Below, one piece after another: positions 9,702 to 18,573 of a stretch of 64,000 bases of DNA (positions within the stretch are counted from its first letter, which is position 1; each line of letters begins with the position of its first letter). The notes under the pieces were generated by a model, which was not told the origin of the DNA, did not search any database, and was given only the letters and a program-made list of their open reading frames with translations. This DNA is from Cyanobacteria bacterium OH_CBrB_359 (GTDB taxonomy: Bacteria; Cyanobacteriota; Vampirovibrionia; Gastranaerophilales; Gastranaerophilaceae). The stretch covers positions 4,646 to 68,645 of the forward strand of contig JAEZET010000006.1 in the NCBI GenBank assembly GCA_023433065.1, in the 5' to 3' direction. The position numbers were made by a program, and so were the translations under genes.

Positions 9702-11267
9702 ATGTCAATAAACGCAAGTTTCAACATAGCACAAAAAGCTTTAGCTCTAAACCAGGCAGGTTTGGGAGTCGTCAGTAACAATATAGCAAATATGAACACT
9801 CCGGGTTACTCAAAACAAAGACTTGACCAGGAAACCAGCGGCTACATGAATATAATGACAGGTGACAACCAGTCTTATACGATTTCAGCAGGTGCTCAAA
9901 TATCTTCAATAGTAAGATACAGACAAGAGTATCTTGACACTGCCTATAGAGAACAAAACTCCGATACCAGCTTTTATTATCAGCTGCAACAAATGGCAAC
10001 AAGTATTGAAAGTTCATTGAATGAGCTCGGTGATACAGGACTTTTAGATGCTTTATCGCAATTTTATGATTCCGTCAACACATTAAATACAAATCCTGCC
10101 GATTCGACTGCCAGAACAAACTTTGTACAAAAAGCCCAAATTTTATGTACACAGTTCAATCAAACAGCCCAAAATATTAAGGAAACTCAAATACGTGCCG
10201 TCGGAGATTTATCAGATCCAAACACTCTTTATACTTCAACAGTTTATGCGGAAGTTGAAACAATTAACAGCAAACTTGAACAACTTGCGACAATAAATAA
10301 AACAATAGTCGATTCTTCAACTCTGGGAAATATTCCAAATGATCTTATGGATAAAAGAGATTTAATCTTAGATGAAATCTCCCAATATATGCCGATAACT
10401 ACTTCCACAAACTCAAATGGCGGGATAAATCTATATGTAAACGGCTTGAAACTTGTTGAAGGAACAAAAGTAAATAAACTTGATATTATTCAAACAACAG
10501 ACCCTGATTATCCTTTACAAATACAATATAAAGACTCCAATGGAGACCTTATCTCATCAAACATCAACAGCAAGTTTGACACGGGAGAGCTCGCCGCCTA
10601 CCTGCAAATGGCACAAAATGAAACAGGAAAATTGAGTTTTCCTTCAATACTTAATCAGTTAGACAAACTGGCAAATTCTGTTGCAACAACAATAAACGAC
10701 ATTCAGACATATTCAAACGGCAACGTAAAAGCTATGGCAATAGATTTTGATGCTGACGGAAAAAAATTCTTAAGTGATTATTCGACACCTCCAAATACAG
10801 GTTTGCCGACTATATTTTCAGCCAAAGACTCAAGCTCAACCATAAGTGCCTTAAATATAACCGTCGACCCTGAAATATCTGCAAATTATTGGAAAATAGC
10901 AGCTGCTAGAGTAGATACAACCGATCCTGATTGGAATCAGGCTGCGGTGGGAAATGCAGACAACTCTCAACTTTTTGCAAAAACAAGAGTAAACCCTATC
11001 GACTCTTTAGCTTCAATGAACCCTGAAAACTATCTGACTAACATCGTTACCGATATGGCAGCAAAAATTGAAACAATTGAATTTAATTATGATACTGAAA
11101 GTACCGCTTTTAAAGCGTTACAAACTCAAAGACAATCTCAAACAGGTGTAAATTTAGACGAAGAGCTTGTAGACTTAGTAAAATATCAAAGAGCTTACGA
11201 AGCATCAGCAAGGGTCTTCAGCGTAACGGCAGAAATATTAAAAACACTTGTAAATCTTGGTACATAA
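9702..11267 (+). CDS. flgK: flagellar hook-associated protein 1 FlgK
   Basis: GL.VVSNNIANMNTPGYS.Q N-terminus and VNLDEELVDLVKYQRAYEASARV C-terminus. Confidence 0.9.
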   Translation: MSINASFNIAQKALALNQAGLGVVSNNIANMNTPGYSKQRLDQETSGYMNIMTGDNQSYTISAGAQISSIVRYRQEYLDTAYREQNSDTSFYYQLQQMATSIESSLNELGDTGLLDALSQFYDSVNTLNTNPADSTARTNFVQKAQILCTQFNQTAQNIKETQIRAVGDLSDPNTLYTSTVYAEVETINSKLEQLATINKTIVDSSTLGNIPNDLMDKRDLILDEISQYMPITTSTNSNGGINLYVNGLKLVEGTKVNKLDIIQTTDPDYPLQIQYKDSNGDLISSNINSKFDTGELAAYLQMAQNETGKLSFPSILNQLDKLANSVATTINDIQTYSNGNVKAMAIDFDADGKKFLSDYSTPPNTGLPTIFSAKDSSSTISALNITVDPEISANYWKIAAARVDTTDPDWNQAAVGNADNSQLFAKTRVNPIDSLASMNPENYLTNIVTDMAAKIETIEFNYDTESTAFKALQTQRQSQTGVNLDEELVDLVKYQRAYEASARVFSVTAEILKTLVNLGT

Positions 11268-11280
11268 AGAGGGAATAACT

Positions 11281-12243
11281 ATGTATATAAGAACTTCAAA
11301 TCTCGGAACATCAACACAAATGCTTAATCAGGTAATGAGCAACCAGAGCAGTCTGGTTGATTCTCAACTACAGCTCTCCACTCAAAAGAGAATTAACAAA
11401 CCATCTGACAGCGCAATAGATTCAGGGCAAATTATTCAATATAATAAGCAGATTAATAAAATAAAAACATACTTAAATAACATTACAAATGTAAGAGCCT
11501 ATACAGAAACAATTGATTACTCCCTAGCAAGCGCAATAGAATCTGTACAAAGGGCAAATGAACTTTCTGTAAGAGCTGCTAACGGGACATTTACAAATGA
11601 CCAGATTTCCTCAATGAGAACAGAAATAGACCAGATCAAAGAATCACTTGTAAATTTTGCCAATACACAATATAACGGTCAGTATATTTATTCCGGAAAT
11701 AATGTTGGTACTGCACCATACTCTCTTGAAGATGACGGCTCAGTTCTGTACCACGGGTCTGATGGGACAGTGGATTCAGAACGTTCAATTGAAGTAATGG
11801 ATGACACATTTGTTAACTTAAATCAGGTCGGTTTAGATATTTTTGGATATTATCAGGAAGAAATTCCGGCAAGCGGTTCTGACCCCGCTGTACCTGCAGA
11901 AGGAAGCGGGATTTTTCAAACTTTGTCACAGATAAGCAATGCCCTTAATCAAGATCCTCCGGATCAAGCAACAGTGAGCGGGCTTTTAGGATCTTTACAA
12001 AATGGACTTGTTGATATCACCAACGCCAGAACAGATGCAGGTGCTTATATTGCAAAAAGACTTGATATGAGTGAAGGTTACCTTAATGACTTAAATATAA
12101 CTTTAGTTGAACAAAAATCCACATTGGAAGATATTGATATTGCACAGGCAATAACTGAATACACAAGTAAAACATTTGCATATCAGGCATCGTTGCAAAC
12201 AACTGCCCAAAGCATAAATTTTTCACTGTTAAATTACTTGTAA
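11281..12243 (+). CDS. flgL: flagellar hook-associated protein 3 FlgL
   Basis: Flagellin-like termini (QLSTQKRINKPSDSAI...; ...AYQASLQTTAQSINFSLLNYL). ATG at 11281 is preceded by AGAGGGA. Confidence 0.85.
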   Translation: MYIRTSNLGTSTQMLNQVMSNQSSLVDSQLQLSTQKRINKPSDSAIDSGQIIQYNKQINKIKTYLNNITNVRAYTETIDYSLASAIESVQRANELSVRAANGTFTNDQISSMRTEIDQIKESLVNFANTQYNGQYIYSGNNVGTAPYSLEDDGSVLYHGSDGTVDSERSIEVMDDTFVNLNQVGLDIFGYYQEEIPASGSDPAVPAEGSGIFQTLSQISNALNQDPPDQATVSGLLGSLQNGLVDITNARTDAGAYIAKRLDMSEGYLNDLNITLVEQKSTLEDIDIAQAITEYTSKTFAYQASLQTTAQSINFSLLNYL

Positions 12244-12278
12244 TAAAATTATAACCGATTAAATAACTTACCATTTTT

Positions 12279-12300
12279 AGAGGCTTTTAGGCCTCTTTTT
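12279..12300 (+). terminator. rho-independent terminator after flgL
   Basis: AGAGGC-TTTTAG-GCCTCT followed by TTTTT. Confidence 0.6.
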
Positions 12301-12358
12301 ATTCTAACGGGTGCATTTACAAATTGAAAGAAATCCGATTCTAAAATATAATTTAAAA

Positions 12359-14170
12359 ATGTTCTTAAAAAATATAAATGCAATAGAAAAAACAAATTCA
12401 CATTTAGCTGAAAAATTGTCAAATATCAGCCTTGAAGAGGCCAGGCAGGATATAAATGTTTATAATGCCACATCAGGTGACCTTATTATTAGCTATAAAG
12501 AAAAATTATTGGATGATGCCGATAACCCCATTGAACAAACAAAACAAAACTGGATTGCAAATACTAATGATAACCTCTCTAAAAATGATATTGTTATAGT
12601 TTTCGGACTTGGATTGGGATATCTTTTTAAAAGAGCTTATATTTCTTCTAACTCCAAAATATTAATATATGAACCAAATACGAATATTTTGAGATTTGTG
12701 CTTGAATATGTAGATTTTTCAAACGAGCTCTCGGATAAAAGAGTTTTTCTTGCCAATGATGAAAAACAGTTCGAAAATTTCTTTAAACACAATTATCTTT
12801 CTAAAGACAAACTTGAATTTATTTATCCTAAAGGATATCTAGAGCTCAATTCCAAGGAATTAATTTCTATAAGTGACAAAATAATTGAAATATCAAATGC
12901 AAAAAATGCAGACCTTAATACAACAAAAAAATTTGCAAAATTATGGGTCGAAAACAATATAAAAAATCTCTCTGTCACAGAAAATTCAAGACCTTTAAAT
13001 ATTATTAAAGACAAATTCAAAGGAACGACGGCCCTTATCACCGCTGCCGGCCCATCCTTAAATTCAAATATAGAAACAATCAAAAAAAACCGGGATAAAT
13101 TTATAATTTTTACGGTAAATAAATCTCTTGATTTTCTTCTTAAAAACGGAATTATTCCTGATTTTCTACTTGTTGCTGACGCTCAATATGTGAGTTATAC
13201 CATTGAAAATTTAAAAGATTTTTCCAGAAATATTAATCTTATTTCGACAACAAGAGTTGACAGCTGCATCTATAATCAAGATTTCAATGCAATTTTCAAC
13301 TACTATCTTAAAAACGATACATTTAATGAAGCCTTGGCAAATCTTCTGCCTGACAAAATACAACTAAATGAAACAGAAGGTACAACTGTTTCTCAGGCAT
13401 ATTACAGTGCAAAAATAATGGGATGCAAAAATATCATATTTTCGGGACTAGATTTGGCTCTTAAGGATGAAGAAGCTTATGCTAACGGCGAAAAAATAAA
13501 AATGTACAGAGACGGTCTTGCGATTTTTCATCAGGATGTAAAAAAATTAATTCAGGTTAAATCTGCAAAAGGTGGATATGTAACAACCAGAGATGACTAT
13601 GAGGTTTTTATACACCAGTTTGAATCTTTATTTACCAATAACAATTCTTTAAACATATATAATACCAGTGACTTTGGCGCTTATATAAAAGGAATGATTT
13701 ATGAACCGATTAGTAAAATATTGGAAGTAATTGAGCCAGTTAACTTTAATATAAACGAAGAAATACAAAAAATTTGTGCTGAAACCAAAGAATCACAGGA
13801 ATTAATATTTAAAACACAAAAAAATCTTGTTGAAAAACAAAAAAAAGAAATAATTAACATTCAATCAGACATAAAATCTTTTCTTCAAAAAAATAAAGTC
13901 CAAATTGAAAATTCAGCTTTCGAAAAATTAAATGAAAATATTTTTTATAAACTAAATGAAATTAAAAAAACTGAATTATCAATAATCTCTTCAATTTTAG
14001 ACAATGTAATTTTAAACCAGTATTTTCAGATTGAAATTCTTGATTATTCAAAACTAAATAAAGAAGATGAACCTGAAAAAATGGTTGAAGCAAGAAAAAA
14101 ATCAATAATTATATTTGAACAGTTTTTAGAAAAAATTGATCTTCTTCTGGAAAAAATCTCCCAAAAATAA
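12359..14170 (+). CDS. maf: motility-associated factor (Maf, DUF115/MptE-like) flagellin glycosyltransferase family protein
   Basis: N-terminal F.KN..A......L...L, the central ALITAAGPSLN motif, and a size around 600 aa. Flagellar context. Confidence 0.7.
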   Translation: MFLKNINAIEKTNSHLAEKLSNISLEEARQDINVYNATSGDLIISYKEKLLDDADNPIEQTKQNWIANTNDNLSKNDIVIVFGLGLGYLFKRAYISSNSKILIYEPNTNILRFVLEYVDFSNELSDKRVFLANDEKQFENFFKHNYLSKDKLEFIYPKGYLELNSKELISISDKIIEISNAKNADLNTTKKFAKLWVENNIKNLSVTENSRPLNIIKDKFKGTTALITAAGPSLNSNIETIKKNRDKFIIFTVNKSLDFLLKNGIIPDFLLVADAQYVSYTIENLKDFSRNINLISTTRVDSCIYNQDFNAIFNYYLKNDTFNEALANLLPDKIQLNETEGTTVSQAYYSAKIMGCKNIIFSGLDLALKDEEAYANGEKIKMYRDGLAIFHQDVKKLIQVKSAKGGYVTTRDDYEVFIHQFESLFTNNNSLNIYNTSDFGAYIKGMIYEPISKILEVIEPVNFNINEEIQKICAETKESQELIFKTQKNLVEKQKKEIINIQSDIKSFLQKNKVQIENSAFEKLNENIFYKLNEIKKTELSIISSILDNVILNQYFQIEILDYSKLNKEDEPEKMVEARKKSIIIFEQFLEKIDLLLEKISQK

Positions 14171-14174
14171 AAAA

Positions 14175-14195
14175 CAGATGAGGATCTCATCTGTA
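14175..14195 (-). terminator. terminator hairpin (T-tract only on the minus strand) between maf and the 174-aa ORF
   Basis: ACAGATGAG-GAT-CTCATCTGT. The minus-strand reading is followed by TTTTT. Confidence 0.55.
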
Positions 14196-14219
14196 AAAAA
14201 ACAAGTAATAAATGGATAG

Positions 14220-14744
14220 TTAGGCAAATATATTTAATGCGTCAACACTTTCAGCATCTTGCTTATTGGCCGCAGGTTGGTGGTAGGAGAAAGGATTTGA
14301 ACCTTTCTTATCTTTGTTTGTGTTTTGAGATTCAATAACTTGAGCTGCTGCTGGAAGGGCAAATACTTCTTTTAAGCTTTGTTGAGCACCTTCTACTGTA
14401 GGAAGAGCAATTTTTCCTTCAACTTGTTTTGCAACATTTTGATGGGTAGAAACTGCTGCTTGAGTATTAAGGTACTGAACATTAGCAATCAAGTTTTGAT
14501 TTAAATTAACATCAAGACCTGCATTTCTTAAAGCAATTTGAGTTGCTTTTTGAGCATCTGTTCTTGAGCTGTATAAATCAACCCCTAAGTCAGCTCTTTT
14601 GAATTTAGAAAGATTTAATGAGTCTAAATCAACAGTCTTTTTAGCTTCAGCGTTAAGGATTTGATTAGTGATATCTTTAACGGCGCCGTTGTCGATGAAA
14701 GATGGATTTATTCTAGCTGCATAATTTGCTATATTAAGACTCAT
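14220..14744 (-). CDS. hypothetical protein (174 aa, no signal peptide, Asn/Gln/Ala-rich)
   Basis: Long ORF with its own terminator. No motif recognised. Confidence 0.6.
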   Translation of the reverse strand: MSLNIANYAARINPSFIDNGAVKDITNQILNAEAKKTVDLDSLNLSKFKRADLGVDLYSSRTDAQKATQIALRNAGLDVNLNQNLIANVQYLNTQAAVSTHQNVAKQVEGKIALPTVEGAQQSLKEVFALPAAAQVIESQNTNKDKKGSNPFSYHQPAANKQDAESVDALNIFA

Positions 14745-14958
14745 TTGCCATATCCCATTATTACTTATACTTTTTACTTCGGAATATTTTTATGAATCTT
14801 TAGGAAAAAGACTTTATCTTGTTACATTAATTTACAAAAAATTATGCCTTATTAAAAAAATAAGGCTAATATCAAGTAACATAAGCTTTTAAGGATATTT
14901 GCATAAATTTAAATATTTTTAAATCTCAAACTAAAGTATAAACTTTTGTAAAAAACAT

Positions 14959-14986
14959 CAAAGTTTCAATTCGTATATGCCGATAA
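14959..14986 (+). promoter_or_regulatory. sigma-28 (FliA)-type promoter
   Basis: CAAAGTTT-N12-GCCGATAA versus consensus TAAAGTTT-N11-GCCGATAA. Lies 50 nt upstream of the ATG at 15036. Confidence 0.65.
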
Positions 14987-15035
14987 GTTGAAAAGGAAAT
15001 ATAAATCATTAAGAGAAAACAATTTAGGAAGGCAC

Positions 15036-16412
15036 ATGAAAGAAGAAAAACTTGAAAAAGGGATATCCTTATTCGGCAGAAGTGCTGATTTAATAGACTC
15101 TGATCCTTTAGAAGAGATATTTGCGCTCAACTTGGGTGATTTTATGCTTGAACATCTTATATCAGATGATCTTGCAGAAAAAATCAGCCACAATTCGGTT
15201 GATAAAGTACAAAGCCTTAAAAACCAGCTTAAAGAATTGATTTCGATATATTCTATTGACAATACACTGAGCGTTCTGGGATTCAATAATAAAGAAGATT
15301 ATATTATCTATAATTCAATAGCTAAGACAATTAAACAAATGCTTGATATAGACGCCTGTCATGTGTTTTTAACAAAAGAAAACGCAAAAGGACTTGATAA
15401 AACAACAAATGATTTGATTCTCGTAGGAAGCTCTTTAACATTCGATGATGACATATATGCCCATAATATCGGCTATAATTTATCAGAAGAAAATGCGCTT
15501 GTTAATTGTTATAAGAAAAGAAGAAGCATACAAATCCAAAACTATAATGAGTGCACAAATACACCTTTAATAAAAAAATTGAATGAAGATAAAGTTAAGT
15601 ATTATTTGGCAATACCAATGCATAATAACCTTGAAAATGTTGGTGTAATTGTAATTCAAAATTACAGTAATAAAGTACTCAATAGTGAATTTATTGAATT
15701 GATTGAAATCACTTCAAAACTTTTTGCAACTTCTCTAACACTTCAAAAACTTACTGAAGAAACCTCAAATATACTTAAAAATGAAGAAATCAGCATAATA
15801 GAACTCCAAAATCACAGGGCGGAATTAACCGCAATAATCGGTGATCTGGGAGATGAACAGCAGGACTTTGTAGAAAATCTTGCAAAAGCCGTAGATGCTA
15901 AGAGCAATTTTAAAAGCAACCATTCGCATGAAGTTGCTGACCTTGCAAAAGAAATAAGTAGTTATCTTGAATTAAACGAAAAAACCAAAGATTTAATATA
16001 CTATGCAGCGCTTTTAAGGAATATAGGCAAAATTACTATTCCTAAAGAGCTATTCAATAAAAAAGAAAAGCTCTCAAAAGAAGACTGGGAAAAATTACAA
16101 AATCACCCAAATGTAGGCGTAAACCTTCTTATGAGTATAAATTTCTTATCAGAAGTTATACCCTATATTCATTACCATAAAGAAAGATGGGACGGAAAGG
16201 GTGAACCCGAAGGATTAAAAGGCTATAGTATACCTTTAGGCTCTAGAATAATAGCAATAGCGGATGCTTTTTGCGCTATGACTTCAAACAGAACCTACCG
16301 GAAGGCCCTTTCAAAGCTAGAAGCATTAGAGGTAATTAAAGAAGAATCCAAAATCAAATGGGATCCGATACTTGTTGATGCTATTGCTAAACTAAAAAGA
16401 AATTCAATTTAA
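15036..16412 (+). CDS. GAF domain / degenerate HD-GYP domain protein
   Basis: C-terminal HSHEVA...LLRNIGK...NHPNVG...YHKERWDGKGEPEGL...IADAFCAMTS.R.YRK. The track start at 14988 lies just downstream of the promoter -10 box, so the ATG at 15036 (AGGAAGG SD) is preferred. Confidence 0.8.
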   Translation: MKEEKLEKGISLFGRSADLIDSDPLEEIFALNLGDFMLEHLISDDLAEKISHNSVDKVQSLKNQLKELISIYSIDNTLSVLGFNNKEDYIIYNSIAKTIKQMLDIDACHVFLTKENAKGLDKTTNDLILVGSSLTFDDDIYAHNIGYNLSEENALVNCYKKRRSIQIQNYNECTNTPLIKKLNEDKVKYYLAIPMHNNLENVGVIVIQNYSNKVLNSEFIELIEITSKLFATSLTLQKLTEETSNILKNEEISIIELQNHRAELTAIIGDLGDEQQDFVENLAKAVDAKSNFKSNHSHEVADLAKEISSYLELNEKTKDLIYYAALLRNIGKITIPKELFNKKEKLSKEDWEKLQNHPNVGVNLLMSINFLSEVIPYIHYHKERWDGKGEPEGLKGYSIPLGSRIIAIADAFCAMTSNRTYRKALSKLEALEVIKEESKIKWDPILVDAIAKLKRNSI

Positions 16413-16450
16413 TCAAGAAGAGAGATATCAAATAAACACAGGAAATAATT

Positions 16451-17236
16451 ATGAAAAAATTTATAATACTAGTACTGGTAGTTATACTTACCGGAAATCT
16501 TGCATTTGCAGCAACAAAAAAAGAAAAATCCGTTCTTGACATAAGTTATGAAACAAAAGACAAATTCCTGATAAAGGCAAAACTCAGCTTGCCATTTGAA
16601 AAAAGAGAACGTTACCCTATGGTTGTATTGATGCACTCAATAGGGTATTCAAGTGAATACTGGCTTGATTTGCCCACCAAATTGAGACAAGCAGGGTTTG
16701 CCGTATTAGAAGTCGATTTCAGAGGACATGGCAAAAGCATATATGACGCAAATTTAAAGAAAATCAACTGGTACTATCTTTCAGCAAAAGCCTACGGTAA
16801 ATTTCCTCAAGACGTCCTGGGGTTATTGCTTTATATAAATCAGAATTATAAAAAAATATCCGTATCAAATCTTGTTTTTGTAGGTGCTGACATAGGAGCT
16901 AATACAGCCATTCTGTCAGCAAGCCAGTTAAAGACCAAGCCGGTTCTTATGGTATTAATATCACCTTCAAGACAATTTAAAGGATTATATACTCCGATTG
17001 CTCTTACAGATATTAAATGCCCTATTCTTGTTATCTACAGCCAGAAGGACACCCGTTCAAAAATTGAGGCCGCAAATCTTGCAAAATTTGCCCAAAATTC
17101 ATACTCAATAAAAACATACCCTAACGGTGGTCCGGGAATGTTAATGCTTAAAGTAAATAAAAATATGGATACAGACATTGCTAATTGGATAACTCAAAAA
17201 TTAAATATTGCAGCAAATAAAAAAATCAAAAAGTAA
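16451..17236 (+). CDS. secreted alpha/beta-fold hydrolase
   Basis: Signal peptide (LAFA-A) and DFRGHGKS. The nucleophile elbow reads VGADIGA (GxDxG). Confidence 0.65.
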   Translation: MKKFIILVLVVILTGNLAFAATKKEKSVLDISYETKDKFLIKAKLSLPFEKRERYPMVVLMHSIGYSSEYWLDLPTKLRQAGFAVLEVDFRGHGKSIYDANLKKINWYYLSAKAYGKFPQDVLGLLLYINQNYKKISVSNLVFVGADIGANTAILSASQLKTKPVLMVLISPSRQFKGLYTPIALTDIKCPILVIYSQKDTRSKIEAANLAKFAQNSYSIKTYPNGGPGMLMLKVNKNMDTDIANWITQKLNIAANKKIKK

Positions 17237-17315
17237 AATTCATCTATTCTATTGATTTAAATATCACCACAATAAAATATACTAAACAAATAGATATAAT
17301 ATTTAATTGAGAGAT

Positions 17316-18194
17316 ATGGCAAAAACCGGTAGTAAGAGAGTTCAAGAGAGTTATTCCCAACCGCAGTTAAAAGTGGTTGAGAAACCTAATGTTGTTACAA
17401 AACCATATAATGATATAAACTTAAATAGCTGGAAAGATTACGCACACGTAAAAACAGATACTTGGTGGGAATTTGCATCAAGAGACAAAACAAAAGGGCA
17501 TTCAAACGAATACCATGGCAATTATATCCCTCAAATAGCACAGCAGCTATACGAAAGATTTACGAAAAAAGGTGATATAGTTCTGGATTTATTCCTGGGT
17601 TCTGGCACTTCGGCAATAGAAGCCATAAATATGGGCAGAAAATGCATTGGAGTCGAGCTTAAGAAAGAATTGGCAGAACATGTGAAAGAAAAATTCTCTC
17701 AGAAAGAACTTGTTACCGATATAAATATTATTTGTGCAGACAGCACAACTGAAGATGCAAAAGAGAAAATTCAGGCAAGACTTGATATCCTTGGCGAAAA
17801 AAAAGCACAATTTCTTATGCTTCACCCGCCTTATGACGATATAATCAAATTTTCTGATTTAAAACAAGATTTATCAAACTGCTCAAACACTGAAGAATTT
17901 TATGAATTATTTCAAAAGGTGGCCAAAAACGGTTATGATCTTCTTGAAAAGAAAAGATACGCAGCATTAATTATTGGTGATAAATATGCAAATTCACAAA
18001 TTTATCCGCTAGGTTCAGAATGTGCAAAAAAAATGAATGAACTCGGATTTATTACAAAAGCAATAATTGTTAAAAATATAGAAGGCAATGAAAAAGCAAA
18101 AGGAAAAACCGCAAACCTCTGGCGTTACAGAGCTTTGAACGGCGGTTTTTATATTTTTAAGCACGAGTATATATATATATTTCAAAAAATTTAA
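17316..18194 (+). CDS. SAM-dependent N-methyltransferase (N6-adenine/N4-cytosine DNA MTase-like); no adjacent restriction gene
   Basis: IVLDLFLGSGTSAIEA (motif I, FxGxG), followed about 75 aa later by LMLHPPYDD (motif IV). Confidence 0.6.
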   Translation: MAKTGSKRVQESYSQPQLKVVEKPNVVTKPYNDINLNSWKDYAHVKTDTWWEFASRDKTKGHSNEYHGNYIPQIAQQLYERFTKKGDIVLDLFLGSGTSAIEAINMGRKCIGVELKKELAEHVKEKFSQKELVTDINIICADSTTEDAKEKIQARLDILGEKKAQFLMLHPPYDDIIKFSDLKQDLSNCSNTEEFYELFQKVAKNGYDLLEKKRYAALIIGDKYANSQIYPLGSECAKKMNELGFITKAIIVKNIEGNEKAKGKTANLWRYRALNGGFYIFKHEYIYIFQKI

Positions 18195-18267
18195 TATTTT
18201 TTATTGGACTTTTTCTTGTGTTTATACGATAGTTTTATAGTACAACAAATTTTGAAAAGAGTTATTT

Positions 18268-18573
18268 ATGAATCAAAAAAATTACACAGACCAACAAATC
18301 GAATGTCTTGACTGTGGTCAAAGCTTCACATTCTCAGCTGAGGATCAAGAATTTTACGAACAAAAGGGTTATTCAACTCCAAAAAGATGCCCTGAATGCA
18401 GAGCTCAAAGAAAAGCTGCATCATCTAGAGGCAATAATCGCTCAAGAGGCGGATATGGTAACAAACCTCAATACAAAGTAATTTGTAGCGCTTGCGGTTG
18501 TGAAACAACAGTTCCTTTTGAACCAAGAAATGATAGACCAGTATATTGTTCAAATTGTTACAAAAACAGTTAG
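18268..18573 (+). CDS. zinc-ribbon protein with CxxC-x17-CxxC domain (TIGR04272-like)
   Basis: CLDCG...F....Q.FY..KG...P.RC.ECR and CSACGCETTVPFEPRNDRPVYCSNCY. Confidence 0.75.
   Translation: MNQKNYTDQQIECLDCGQSFTFSAEDQEFYEQKGYSTPKRCPECRAQRKAASSRGNNRSRGGYGNKPQYKVICSACGCETTVPFEPRNDRPVYCSNCYKNS

Noticed and set aside
12254-12261. CCGAT-containing sigma-28 -10-like boxes occur after flgL (ACCGATTA), inside flgN (TCCGATAA at 9613-9620) and upstream of maf (TCCGATTC at 12334-12341).
   Set aside because: None has a TAAA-type -35 element at the required 11-12 nt spacing. The first lies upstream of the flgL terminator.
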